A DNA stretch of 64,000 bases from an uncultured Bifidobacterium sp. (GCA_964515155.1 CAZESK010000002.1:10950-74949); one strand, 5' to 3'; counted from the stretch's first letter, positions 1 through 10,766 are shown. Made by a program: numbers and translations. The notes: a model not told the origin generated them from the letters alone.

Positions 1-80
1 TGCGTTCCATCGACAGCCAACACAACTCCGTCGCCGCTGTCGCTGTAGCCGGTTCAGGCAAACAGTCGAGAACAGAAAAC

Positions 81-122
81 AAAAAGCCCCGGACAGGCGA
101 GACGCCTGTCAGGGGCTTTTTT
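81..122. terminator. Rho-independent hairpin flanked by an A-run and a T-run (bidirectional)
   Basis: AAAAAGCCCCGGACAGGCG-aga-CGCCTGTCaGGGGCTTTTTT, a GC-rich stem of about 14 bp followed by T6. It follows a partial + strand reading frame ending in TAG at 46-48. Confidence 0.6.
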
Positions 123-367
123 GCCTTGCGCGGCTCAGGCAATGTTGGCTGAGCCGCTGACGAATTGTGGTCCCGCGCTATGTTGCAGGACGGCTTTAGA
201 GTACGACGTTGAATTTTCCCTTGTCAACAACTGCGCGAAAGATTTTTCGCGAATCCATCCAAAGTTTTCTTACGCTTTGCATAAGAAAAGCTTTTCCTTT
301 CCTAAATGACTATGCACGACGCACGCAATTGACGCATCGCAGCGCACCTGAACCGAGCAGTGGGGAT

Positions 368-1249
368 TCAGCGGTGCAGCCGATCACGTATCTGCACCAC
401 GCTGGCCACCTCCCCGCCAGAAGCCTCAACCAGGCGGCGCGCGTTGCGTACCTGCTCGACATTGCCGACAGGATGGCCGAATGGCACATCCTCAAGCCCG
501 ACACGCAGGTGTCCGCCGCGCCGCACAATCTCCTCGGTCAATGGCGCGACTGTCGTACCCAATCCGGCCGCCATCCACGGCGCCCCCGGATCGAGCTCGT
601 CGAGTAATGTCAGATAGGCGTCGATCGCCCAGGGTCGCGGCGGAAAGCCGAAGGAGAAACGGTCGGAGAACATCAAGCGGTATACCGGCTGCGGCACGCC
701 GTCGTAACAGCGCGCCAGCGCCGCACCCAGTCTCATGAATCCGGGCTCATAGATCGCATACGACGGCACGATGCCGTGCCGCCGGCACAGGTCCAGCCCG
801 TGGCGCACGTGGCTGTCGGGATTGGCATAAATGAAGCCCTCACGCCCCTCGGGAAGCTCGTCGAGCAGGCTGATGTTGGTCGAGCCGGGATCGACGACCG
901 ACCATTCAAGCAGGCCACTCGCGGCGAGCTTCTCGACCGCCTCGAAGCGTCGCTTGGCCGTCATGGGCTCGTTCGCATCGACATCGCCGGTAAAGGGCAG
1001 CGTGCCATAGCAGATGACATCGACACGGGTGCGGATGCGCTCAATGATGGGTGCATAGATCTCGTACGCATCGCGCTGACGCCCGGTCGTCGGATCGTAC
1101 GGATGAAAGTGGATGATGGAGGCACCTTCGCCGGCGCAGGCCACGGCCTGCTCGACAATCTCGTCGGCAGTAATTGGGATGCCCGGCTGCCGCTCGCGCG
1201 ACCAGGGGCCATTGAGCGCGGCTTCGAGCCACACGGCGTGCTTATGCAT
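368..1249 (-). CDS. beta-keto acid cleavage enzyme family protein (BKACE / DUF849, 3-keto-5-aminohexanoate cleavage-like)
   Basis: 293-aa ORF. The pattern MHKHAVWLEAALNGPW...PITADEIV...GASIIHFHPYDP is typical of BKACE. AGGAGA SD lies upstream of the ATG at 1249. Confidence 0.8.
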   Translation of the reverse strand: MHKHAVWLEAALNGPWSRERQPGIPITADEIVEQAVACAGEGASIIHFHPYDPTTGRQRDAYEIYAPIIERIRTRVDVICYGTLPFTGDVDANEPMTAKRRFEAVEKLAASGLLEWSVVDPGSTNISLLDELPEGREGFIYANPDSHVRHGLDLCRRHGIVPSYAIYEPGFMRLGAALARCYDGVPQPVYRLMFSDRFSFGFPPRPWAIDAYLTLLDELDPGAPWMAAGLGTTVAPLTEEIVRRGGHLRVGLEDVPFGHPVGNVEQVRNARRLVEASGGEVASVVQIRDRLHR

Positions 1250-1438
1250 CGGTCAGTCTCCTGCTTCCGGTTTACATTGTGCGGCCCGCAGCGGGCGGCG
1301 TTGACGTCCCGATTGTAGAGGGGAAAACACCGTCCCGGCGTTGGCAACCAAGGTAACCATGACTGCGCCTTGCTAGAATCACCACGCGATCTCGATGCGA
1401 GGAGGACAAGCCATGACGATACGGATGACGGGGGCCAG

Positions 1439-1843
1439 ATGCTGAAGACACTGATCGTCTGCCTTGCCGGATGCGGCACACCCACCTCCATCAGTGACGA
1501 GCTGGGCAAGATATCGGCCGGATACCTTCGGACCTGTCACGAATTACAAGAGCTGCGTCGCGCTTTCTGTCCCGAGTGGCCAGCCCCACCGCTGCTCCAG
1601 TGCGTCAATGATGTCGAGCGCGAATTGCCGGCACGCTACCGCGGCGAGTTTCGCCAGGGAGTGGGCGTTTTGGCACAGCGCTTCGCGTCCGAGCTGCCTT
1701 CGGCCGTGGCTGCACGCTTTGCTGCGGAAGTCAGGGCTGCAGGTGGCGAGGCCGGCCCTGCCTGCGCGGCCATGGCTGCTGACATCGACCACCAGCGGCT
1801 GCAGTTGCGTAGTCAGTTAAGGAGTTTCAGCAAGGCGAAATGA
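1439..1843 (+). CDS. hypothetical Cys-rich protein, possible lipoprotein (MLKTLIVCLAGC)
   Basis: Internal ATG of ORF 1370..1843. Short N-terminal hydrophobic stretch with an LAGC lipobox-like motif. No recognisable family. A 10-codon mini-ORF (1413..1445) with a strong GAGGAGGA SD overlaps this start. Confidence 0.35.
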   Translation: MLKTLIVCLAGCGTPTSISDELGKISAGYLRTCHELQELRRAFCPEWPAPPLLQCVNDVERELPARYRGEFRQGVGVLAQRFASELPSAVAARFAAEVRAAGGEAGPACAAMAADIDHQRLQLRSQLRSFSKAK

Positions 1844-1856
1844 AGCTCGCGTGGCA

Positions 1857-2861
1857 TCAAAGCCCGGCGAGGCGGGAAGCCAGCGCCGCCAGTGGCGCGG
1901 CCTTGCGCCCGGTTTGCACGGCGTCCGGACTGTTGGCATTGCCCTGCAGCGCACGCTCAGCAATGCCATGCAGGATCGCCGACATGCGGAACAGGTTGAA
2001 GGCGAGGTAGAAGCGCCAGGCCTCATCATCGACTGTCTGCCGCCGCTCCGCGTACCAGCGCCGGTAAAGCGCCTCATCCGGAATGCCGAGCGACATGAGA
2101 TCGAGACCGCGGATGCCGCGCCACAAGTCATGTGGTATGTGCCAGCTCATGCAGTGGTATGCGAAGTCCGACAGCGGATCGCCGAGCGTTGACAACTCCC
2201 AGTCCAGCACGGCGATCACCCGGTCCGCCACCGGATCGAAAATCAGATTGTCGAGACGGAAGTCGCCATGAATCAGCGTTGCCGGCTGGGCCGGTGGCTG
2301 GTGCTCTGGCAGCCATGCCATCAAGCGGCGCATATCGTCAGTGGGCGGCAGTGAGGACTGCTCGAGCTGTCGCGACCAGCGATCAACCTGACGGCTGATA
2401 AAGCCGTCGCGCCGACCGTAGTCGGACAGGTCCACTGCGTCGATATCGACCTCGTGCAGCGCGGCGATCACGCGGTTCATGTCGCGGTATATGGCCTCCC
2501 GCTCCGCAGACGACATACCGGGCAGGGACTGGTCGACGATGACCCGACCCTCGACATAGGACATCAGGTAGAACGGCGTGCCGATGACGTCCGTCTCATC
2601 GCACCATGCAATGCCCTCGGGCACGGGCACCGCGCTGCCATGCAGCGCGCGAATCACCCGATACTCGCGATCGATCGCGTGCGCGGACTTCAGCAATACG
2701 CCGGGCGGCTGCTTGCGCAATACCATGCGCGCCTCGCCCGTATCGAGCAGGTAGGTGGGATTCGACTGTCCACCGGCCAGTGGCTTCATCTGCAGCATGC
2801 CGCCGGCAAAGCCGCGCGCACGCAGCCAGTCATGCAGTCGGATCTTGTCTGCGTCGTTCAC
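1857..2861 (-). CDS. phosphotransferase (APH/kinase-like) family protein, LvaA / ACAD10-N-terminal type
   Basis: 334 aa. Has the kinase catalytic loop LIHGDFRLDNLIF and VLDWELSTLGDP. Its start overlaps the upstream SDR stop by 4 nt. Confidence 0.85.
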   Translation of the reverse strand: MNDADKIRLHDWLRARGFAGGMLQMKPLAGGQSNPTYLLDTGEARMVLRKQPPGVLLKSAHAIDREYRVIRALHGSAVPVPEGIAWCDETDVIGTPFYLMSYVEGRVIVDQSLPGMSSAEREAIYRDMNRVIAALHEVDIDAVDLSDYGRRDGFISRQVDRWSRQLEQSSLPPTDDMRRLMAWLPEHQPPAQPATLIHGDFRLDNLIFDPVADRVIAVLDWELSTLGDPLSDFAYHCMSWHIPHDLWRGIRGLDLMSLGIPDEALYRRWYAERRQTVDDEAWRFYLAFNLFRMSAILHGIAERALQGNANSPDAVQTGRKAAPLAALASRLAGL

Positions 2862-3624
2862 AGCGAACTCACCAAATGGCCTCGGTCGACGGCGATGCAG
2901 GCACCAGTCATGCCAGCGCCTGCGTCGGAAGCTAGCAGCAGCAGCGGACCGTCGAGATCAGACAGTTGACCGAATTCGCGGGTTGGTACGCGCTGACGTA
3001 GCCGCTGACCCGGCTCGCTATCGAGAAAATCGCGATTCAGATCGGTCACGACATAGCCGGGCAACAACGCATTGATACGGATCTTGTATCGTGCAAGCTC
3101 CAGCGCCATGACCTTCGTTGCCTGCACAACGCCGGCTTTCGAGATCGCATACGGTGCCACACCGGCAGCGACGCGTTCGCCAAGAATGGAGGCAACGTTG
3201 ACGATACTGCCCGGGCGGCCCGCATCGCGTAACTGACGCGCGGCCTCGGTAGCGACCAGCCAACAGCCCTTGAGATTGGTGTCGATTACGCTGTCCCAAT
3301 CGTCTTCGGTCTGATCAAGCAGACCGCGCGTGACCGTAATTCCCGCGTTGTTGATCACGATATCGCAGGCGCCTGCTTGCGCAAACGCATCGCGCACGCT
3401 GGCCGCCGATGCAACATCCAGCGCAACCACGTCAGCGCGCCTGCCCTGCGCCTGTAACGCATCGGCGAGGGCACGCAGCTTGTCGGTGCGGCGCGCGGCC
3501 AGCACGACCTCGGCGCCAGCATCCGACAGCAGCTGCGCGAAATGCGCGCCAAAACCGCTGGAGGCGCCAGTCACCAGCGCGCGCTTGCCGTCGAGCCTGA
3601 GCATCGTATCGGTACGACCAGTAC

Positions 3625-3628
<4 letters not shown>
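2858..3628 (-). CDS. SDR family oxidoreductase
   Basis: 256 aa. LVTGASSGFG Rossmann motif, NNAG, and a YxxxK context (YAISKAG). 4-nt overlaps with both neighbours. Confidence 0.9.
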
Positions 3629-4791
<1,163 letters not shown>

Positions 4792-4806
4792 CGCGATTCA
4801 GTCCAT

Positions 4807-4835
4807 AAAAAAAGCCGACCCTTCAGGGACCGGCT
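4807..4835 (-). terminator. probable intrinsic terminator downstream of the PQQ dehydrogenase gene
   Basis: On the minus strand: AGCCGGTCCCtgaaGGGTCGGCT followed by T7. The stem has one internal loop. Confidence 0.45.
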
Positions 4836-4902
4836 AAAGCCAAAGGCGGAGTCAACATGAACGTGCCCCGACCGTTGCCGGCCGGGGTACGCACTACTTC
4901 AC

Positions 4903-6654
4903 TTACTTTGCCAGCTTGAACACCAGCACCGTTCCGCCCTGCGGAACGACCGTGTTGGTGCCACGTACGTGGTCTACTGCACTGGCCAGACGCTGGGCAT
5001 CGACACCCCAGCCAGCAACCACGGTAATGTACTGCTCGCCGTCGACTTCATAGGCGGCCGGCACACCGATCACGCCGGACGGCGCGTTGAAGGACCACAG
5101 CTCCTTGCCCGTCTTCGCGTTGAACGCACGGAACTTGCGGTCCGAGGTGCCGCCTGCGAACACAAGGTTACCACCGGTGACGAAGGTCGGCGTCCAGATC
5201 TGCTCCTTGAATTTCTGCGTCCAGACTTTCTTGCCGGTCGCAGGATCCCAAGCCTGGATCTCACCGATGTGGTCCTTCGCTCCCGGGCCAAGGCGGACGT
5301 TGGTCAGGACAGCCTCGAGGGGGAAGCCGATGAACAGATCACCCGCTTTGTAGGTGGTCTCCTCGCCCTTTGGCAACGCCGAGCACATGTTTTCGTTGGC
5401 CATAGTGTAGACCAAGCCGGTCTTCGGGCTATAGGCCTCCGGCAGCCAGTCCTTGCCGCCCCAGATCGACGGGCAGAAGGCAGCACCCTGCTTCAGCGAC
5501 GGCTTCTTCGACATATCGTACTCAGGACGGCCCGTCTTCGAGTCGACCTGCTTGAACACGTCATTGCCGACATAAGGCCACGCGTTATGGAATGCCAGTG
5601 CACCCGTCTTGGTACGCTCGAGCACATAGAAGTAGCCGTTACGTGCGGCACGCACGGCCAGCGGCGTCTTCTTGCCCTTGATGTTGGCGTCGAACAGCAG
5701 CGGCGGAGTGACTTCGTCCCAGTCCCACGAATCGTTGGGCGCGTATTGCTGATAGCCCTTCAGATCGCCGGTGCTTGCGTCGATCGCCATGGTCGAGCTG
5801 GCGAACAGGTTGTCGCCCTCGCGCAGATCAGGCGTCCACGGACCCGGGTTGCCGGTACCCCAGTAGGCCGTGTTGGTTTTCGGATCGTAAGTGCCGGTGA
5901 CCCAGACCGAACCGCCGCCCGTCTTGTACGAGCCGTTGTTGGGCCAGGTATCGCCGCCCATTTCATCCGGCGCAGCGATGGTGTGGCGACGCCATGCGAG
6001 CTTGCCGGTCTCGGCATCGACACCCGCGACAAAGCCCCGGATACCGTATTCGCCGCCAGACACGCCGACCATGATCTTGCCCTTGGCCGCCAGGGGAGCC
6101 AGCGTCATGTAGTAGCCGGTCTTCCAGTTCTCGATCTGCGTCTGCCAGAGCACCTTGCCGGTCTTGGCATCGAGCGCGATCAGGAAGCAATCGGTGGTGG
6201 CCACATAGACCTTGTCACCATACAGCGCCACGCCGCGGTTGGTCGGGTGCAGCTGGAATAGTTCTGCGGGGATCTCTTTTTTATAGCGCCACAGTTCCTG
6301 GCCGGTCTTGGCGTTGAGCGCAATGACCTGGTTCTGCGGGGTCGTGACATACATGTAGCCGTCATTAACAATCGGTGGCGACTGGTGACCCTCGGTCACG
6401 CCGGTCGAGTACGACCATGCCAGCTGCAGCTTGCCGATGTTCTTGTCATTGATCTTGTCCAGCGCCGAGTAGCCCCAGCTACCGTAATTGCCGCGCCAAC
6501 TCAGCCAGTTGCGCGCTTCCGGATTCTGCAGGCGGGCATCCGTGACCGGGTTGTAGGGCATCGCCTGGCTCTTCGCAGCCGACGGGCTTTCGGCCACTGC
6601 CATCAGGGGCAGCAGGCCAAGTGCCAGTGCGAGGTACTTGGTACGCAGTCTCAT
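4903..6654 (-). CDS. PQQ-dependent dehydrogenase, methanol/ethanol family, periplasmic (atypical: no vicinal Cys-Cys)
   Basis: 583 aa with a Sec signal (MRLRTKYLALALGLLPLMAVAES). Motifs VGVSGGEYGIRG, WGTGNPGPW and PNDSWDWDEV align to the metal/PQQ site of MDH/ADH quinoproteins. GGAGGAGAG SD is present. Confidence 0.85.
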   Translation of the reverse strand: MRLRTKYLALALGLLPLMAVAESPSAAKSQAMPYNPVTDARLQNPEARNWLSWRGNYGSWGYSALDKINDKNIGKLQLAWSYSTGVTEGHQSPPIVNDGYMYVTTPQNQVIALNAKTGQELWRYKKEIPAELFQLHPTNRGVALYGDKVYVATTDCFLIALDAKTGKVLWQTQIENWKTGYYMTLAPLAAKGKIMVGVSGGEYGIRGFVAGVDAETGKLAWRRHTIAAPDEMGGDTWPNNGSYKTGGGSVWVTGTYDPKTNTAYWGTGNPGPWTPDLREGDNLFASSTMAIDASTGDLKGYQQYAPNDSWDWDEVTPPLLFDANIKGKKTPLAVRAARNGYFYVLERTKTGALAFHNAWPYVGNDVFKQVDSKTGRPEYDMSKKPSLKQGAAFCPSIWGGKDWLPEAYSPKTGLVYTMANENMCSALPKGEETTYKAGDLFIGFPLEAVLTNVRLGPGAKDHIGEIQAWDPATGKKVWTQKFKEQIWTPTFVTGGNLVFAGGTSDRKFRAFNAKTGKELWSFNAPSGVIGVPAAYEVDGEQYITVVAGWGVDAQRLASAVDHVRGTNTVVPQGGTVLVFKLAK

Positions 6655-6749
6655 TTTCTTCTCTCCTCCATCGTTAAAATTCGCCGCTGGTGGCGGCGCC
6701 TTGCAATCAGCAGCCCGTGTGGAGGCCGCTGAAATCTTCCCCCGGCCGA

Positions 6750-7301
6750 TCAGACCCCCGGCTTGTTAGAAAATCCTCCGGCGACGACCAGGAAGCCGTC
6801 CTTCTCTGCCAGCGGTACGAAGGGCAGGCTCTTGGTGGCCGGCCCCTTCGCAACGCTGCCGTCGCCAGGGTTGAATTTCGAGAAATGGCAGAAACACATC
6901 AGCAGCTTCTCCGACGCGACGAACTCGGTCACGTCACAGGCCTGGTGCGTGCAGATCGACGAATAGGCCAGTACGCCACCCACCGAGCGCTGCTTCATCT
7001 CGTCGCTCATCTCTGCCGGATCCATGCGGATCAGCAGCAGCTTGTTCAGGCGAGAGTCACTGCGCGCAGCTTTCTGGGCAAGGTCGTAGGGCCAGACAAG
7101 CACCGGCTTGCTACCCGCCTTGATATCGCCAGCCTTCAGCGGTGCGGTGGCATCGCCCTTCGCGGGCACCAACAGGTCGCCCTCGACGACACCCTGCGCC
7201 TGCTGTGCGCCGGCCGGCGCGGCCTGCAGCGCACAGCATCCGGCAACCGAGGCGCCGGTGGCCTTGAGCAGCAGGCGGCGGCGCGAATCAACTGCATCCA
7301 T
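6750..7301 (-). CDS. Tat-exported Rieske (2Fe-2S) protein
   Basis: Twin-arginine signal (SRRRLLLKATGASVAG). Rieske ligands CTH...(17 aa)...CFCH. Start set at the internal ATG (MDAVDSRRR) preceded by GAGGAGAAG; the ORF could extend to 7328. Confidence 0.8.
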   Translation of the reverse strand: MDAVDSRRRLLLKATGASVAGCCALQAAPAGAQQAQGVVEGDLLVPAKGDATAPLKAGDIKAGSKPVLVWPYDLAQKAARSDSRLNKLLLIRMDPAEMSDEMKQRSVGGVLAYSSICTHQACDVTEFVASEKLLMCFCHFSKFNPGDGSVAKGPATKSLPFVPLAEKDGFLVVAGGFSNKPGV

Positions 7302-7342
7302 GTTCTTCTCCTCTGTCATGTCATTCATTGGTTATCCGCAGA

Positions 7343-9067
7343 TCAGGACGCACGCCACGTGCGCTCGGCCTCTTCCCATGCGCCCAGCGGCTGCAGGTCG
7401 GGCACCCAAGCGAGTCCGGACTTGCCATCGGAGGACTTCGCCTCGGGAGAGACCAACACGTCGAGCAGCGCCGGCAGCTTGTCAAGCGCGCGTTCGATGG
7501 CAGGGCCCAGATCCTCGGCCCGCTCCACGCGCTCGGCATGCATGCCGAAGGCACGCGCCATCGCCGCGTAGTCCGATAACTGCAGCCGGGTCCCAACGAC
7601 CTTGCCGTGGCTGTCCTGCTGGTCATGCACCTCGATCTGCCACGCACCGTTGTTCGCCACCACGATCAGGGGCTTGGCGCCGTGCCGAACGGCCGTATCG
7701 ATCTCCATCGCATTGAAGCCAAACGCGCCATCGCCGGTGGCGACCAGCACCTGTCGCTCCGGATATGCGAGGCTGGCCGCGATGCCGAATGCGGTACCGA
7801 TACCGATGCAGCCCAGCGAACCGGGATCCAGATAAGCGGAAGAGGACAAGCCGACACGGGCGAAGCTCAGAAAATCACCACCGTCGGCGACGACCACGGC
7901 GTCCGGCGCAAGGCGCTGCTGCAGCTCATGCAGCACGCGGTTCGGATGGATGCGGCCTTCCTTGTCCGACGGCGCGGCAGCCATCGTTGAGCGCAGCTTG
8001 GTCGCGCGCTCTTCATGCTGGCGACGCAGGCTCTGTGCCCAGTCACGGTCGGTTGCGGCTTTGCGTGAGCCAGCGTGTGAGAGCATGGCGGCAATCGATG
8101 CCGCGGGTGTGGCCAGCAGCTCGGCATCACCGCGGCGGTTGTCGCGCAGCTCGGAAGCCGTGCCGGCGATACGCAAAAAGCGGGCACCCTTGAACACAGC
8201 CGGCGAGCCATAGGCCAGCTGGAAATCAAGCTTGCGGCCGATGGTGATGACGAGGTCGGCATCGCCCATCACCGAGCCACGCATCGCACCAACAAAAGAT
8301 GGGTGACTGTCGGGTACCAGGCCGCGACTCTCCCCGGTATCCAGATAGACCGCGCCGGTCGCGTCGAGCAGGCGCAGTAGTTCGGGGCCGGCTCCGCGCG
8401 CACCGCGCCCGGTAATGACAAGCGGCTTTTTCGCATTCCACAGCAGCTCGACGGCGGCGGCCACGCTGGCGGCGTCTGGTTGCGTGACGGCGACCGGCTT
8501 GGGACGAAAATGCTCGTTCAGCTGCAATACCTTCGGAATGACGCCGCGCTGGGTGTCGACCGGGAAGTCGATATAGACCGGACCCGGGTCACCGCCCTCA
8601 CCCAGCGCGCGCGCCACGGCCTCGTCGAGTTCCTGCAGCACCAGTGCAGGTTCGCGTACGGTGCGCGCATAGCGGGTGATGGGCCGGACCATGTCAATGT
8701 GCGGCATGTCCTGCAGCGCGCCACGGTTTTCCTGCGCACGCGGCGGGCCACCGGAGAGTACTAGTACCGAAGCGCGGGAAGTGTGTGCATTCGCGATGCC
8801 GGTCATCGCATTGGTCATGCCGGGACCCGCCGTGACGAGAGCCACGCCCAGGCGACCCGTCAGCTCGCTGTGCGCATGCGCCATGTAGACGGCGGCGCGC
8901 TCATCGCGTACGTCGATGATGCGGATGCCCTCAGCATCACAGCGCATCCAGATCGGCATGATGTGGCCACCGCATAGCGCGAAGATGCGGTCGACACCGC
9001 GCGCCTTCAGGAAGCGGGCGATCACGCCAGCAGCCATATCGGCATGAAGTTCAGGCGCCTGGATCAT
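7343..9067 (-). CDS. thiamine-diphosphate-dependent enzyme (acetolactate synthase / oxalyl-CoA decarboxylase / 2-hydroxyacyl-CoA lyase superfamily)
   Basis: 574 aa. N-terminal Pyr domain (VALVTAGPGMTNAMTGIANA) and ThDP-binding motif GDGAFGFNAMEIDTAVRHGAKPLIVVANNGAW. Its ATG overlaps the upstream ligase stop (ATGA). Confidence 0.85.
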   Translation of the reverse strand: MIQAPELHADMAAGVIARFLKARGVDRIFALCGGHIMPIWMRCDAEGIRIIDVRDERAAVYMAHAHSELTGRLGVALVTAGPGMTNAMTGIANAHTSRASVLVLSGGPPRAQENRGALQDMPHIDMVRPITRYARTVREPALVLQELDEAVARALGEGGDPGPVYIDFPVDTQRGVIPKVLQLNEHFRPKPVAVTQPDAASVAAAVELLWNAKKPLVITGRGARGAGPELLRLLDATGAVYLDTGESRGLVPDSHPSFVGAMRGSVMGDADLVITIGRKLDFQLAYGSPAVFKGARFLRIAGTASELRDNRRGDAELLATPAASIAAMLSHAGSRKAATDRDWAQSLRRQHEERATKLRSTMAAAPSDKEGRIHPNRVLHELQQRLAPDAVVVADGGDFLSFARVGLSSSAYLDPGSLGCIGIGTAFGIAASLAYPERQVLVATGDGAFGFNAMEIDTAVRHGAKPLIVVANNGAWQIEVHDQQDSHGKVVGTRLQLSDYAAMARAFGMHAERVERAEDLGPAIERALDKLPALLDVLVSPEAKSSDGKSGLAWVPDLQPLGAWEEAERTWRAS

Positions 9068-10740
9068 GCCGTCACCGCCACTTTCTTCTGCTTTTTCTGC
9101 GCACGCAGGTCGATCACGCCCGGTTGCGTGCGCGGGTCAACACCCGGAGGGAAGATATGGATCTTCTGCACCTTGGCCGAGGTGCCCATCGGCAGGCTAT
9201 CGACGAACAGTACCCAGCCCGGTGCCTTGAAGTAGGCCATGCGCTCGTAAGCCCAGTCGAACAGGTCCTGCGCCAGCGCGTGCTTCGCGACCTCGCTGCC
9301 GATGTCCGCATCGTCTTTCACCACAACGCAGGCCATGACTTCTTCTTCGCGCACTTCATCCGGTGCGGCCAGCACCGCGACCTGCCTGGCCTTCGGGTGT
9401 GCATTCAGGCAGGCCTCGATCTCGGCAGCGGCAATGTTTTCACCGGCGCGGCGAATGATGTTCTTCTTTCGATCCATGAAATAGAACATGCCCGACGCGT
9501 CGCGCACGGCGGCATCACCGGTGTGGAACCAGCCACCCTTCCAGGCTTCCTCAGTCGCTTCGTCGTTCTTCAGGTAGCCTGAGAAGAAACCCTTGCGCGG
9601 TGCTTCGGCGCTGTGTCGGATGACGAGTTCGCCGGGCGTATCTGCCGGCAGCTCGTTACCGTTCTCGTCGATAATCCTGGCCTCGACCCACGGATTGACG
9701 CGACCGAAGGAGCGCGTATGAACCAGCCTGGGTTCATGGTTGTCGCTGATCAGACGCCCCACTTCCGTCATCGACCACATCTCGATCACCGGGAGGTTGA
9801 ACCGCTTCTCGAAAAGCTCATGCAAGCTGGGCTCAACACCCGCGCACAGCGCAAAGCGCACCGAGTGCTGCCGCTCCTCCGGGCACTCCGGCAGCTTCAG
9901 CAAAATATTCGGGATCACACCCTGGAACTGCACGACGGTTGCGCGCGTGGCGACCAGGTCTTTCCACCAGGTGCTCGCATGGAAGCGGTCGGGGAAGATG
10001 AGGCAACCACCCGACATCAACATCGCCGGCAGCGAAATCGACAGGCAGTTTGCATGATGTAAAGGTAGCGGGTTGACCAGGCGCTCCACCCCTTCATGCA
10101 TCGTGAGCCTACCGCCGAGACCCAGATAGCAGGCACCGAAGGAGTGGAAGTATTCGTTGGTCAGGATGCAGCCCTTGGGCTTGCCGGTGGTACCCGAGGT
10201 GTAGAGCAGTGCGGCCTCGGTTTGCGCATCGGGCTGTCCTGCGCATGCAGCTGTTTTCGGCGCTGGAATACGCTCTGGAAAACGGTCGAAGGAGACACGG
10301 CTGCAGGCGCCATTGAGCATCCCGACCACGGACTCGAGATCCTCGCTTCGGGCATCGACGCCGACGATCAGTGAGGATTCCGAGTGTTCGACAACGTAGT
10401 GAATTTCTTCCCGGCGGTAGTCCGGATTGATCGGCACCACCGACACGCCAAGCGCATTGAGTGCGAAGTAGTGGAAGACAAACTCGGGACGCTGCTCGAA
10501 AAGAATGGATACGCGGTGACCGATGCCGTAGCCGGCGGCAGCGTAGATGGCGCGCAAGCGCTCGACCTCGGCCAGGGTATCGCGGTAGCTGACTTCCCAT
10601 CCGTCCGGATGGTAGGCACGACCGGCGGCCGGCGGCACGGCATAGGCCGAGTGCTCCGGATAGGTCGCGGCCGCCTTGTGCAGTGACTGGTACAGGGTAC
10701 CGTAGTGACTGGCGTCCATCTGTTGGCTTTCCTTGTTCAT
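9064..10740 (-). CDS. AMP-dependent synthetase/ligase (acyl-CoA synthetase family)
   Basis: Motifs LLYTSGTTGKPKG, GWFHTGD and a C-terminal lysine region. The 653-aa ORF was trimmed to MNKESQQMDAS because the extension overlaps the MFS gene. An alternative ATG lies at 10719. Confidence 0.85.
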   Translation of the reverse strand: MNKESQQMDASHYGTLYQSLHKAAATYPEHSAYAVPPAAGRAYHPDGWEVSYRDTLAEVERLRAIYAAAGYGIGHRVSILFEQRPEFVFHYFALNALGVSVVPINPDYRREEIHYVVEHSESSLIVGVDARSEDLESVVGMLNGACSRVSFDRFPERIPAPKTAACAGQPDAQTEAALLYTSGTTGKPKGCILTNEYFHSFGACYLGLGGRLTMHEGVERLVNPLPLHHANCLSISLPAMLMSGGCLIFPDRFHASTWWKDLVATRATVVQFQGVIPNILLKLPECPEERQHSVRFALCAGVEPSLHELFEKRFNLPVIEMWSMTEVGRLISDNHEPRLVHTRSFGRVNPWVEARIIDENGNELPADTPGELVIRHSAEAPRKGFFSGYLKNDEATEEAWKGGWFHTGDAAVRDASGMFYFMDRKKNIIRRAGENIAAAEIEACLNAHPKARQVAVLAAPDEVREEEVMACVVVKDDADIGSEVAKHALAQDLFDWAYERMAYFKAPGWVLFVDSLPMGTSAKVQKIHIFPPGVDPRTQPGVIDLRAQKKQKKVAVTA

Positions 10741-10766
10741 GATGCTTGTACTTGCGGAATGTCGTT

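Noticed and set aside
121-617. Small + strand ORFs (121..309, 209..607 and 360..617) near the window start.
   Set aside because: They overlap the 3-prime end of the BKACE gene or lie in its downstream untranslated region. They have no SD and no recognisable features.
4969-6261. 430-aa + strand ORF. Similar long ORFs occur at 3628..4542, 15722..17044, 24534..25352, 38842..39789, 43122..44429, 46916..48211 and 56425..57657.
   Set aside because: Each lies antisense to a gene with unmistakable family motifs (PQQ dehydrogenase, ACAD, acs, GGDEF-EAL, typA, infB, rluB, lutB). Their translations are Arg/Ala/Gly/Pro-rich with no motifs, which is typical of stop-codon-poor antisense frames in high-GC DNA.
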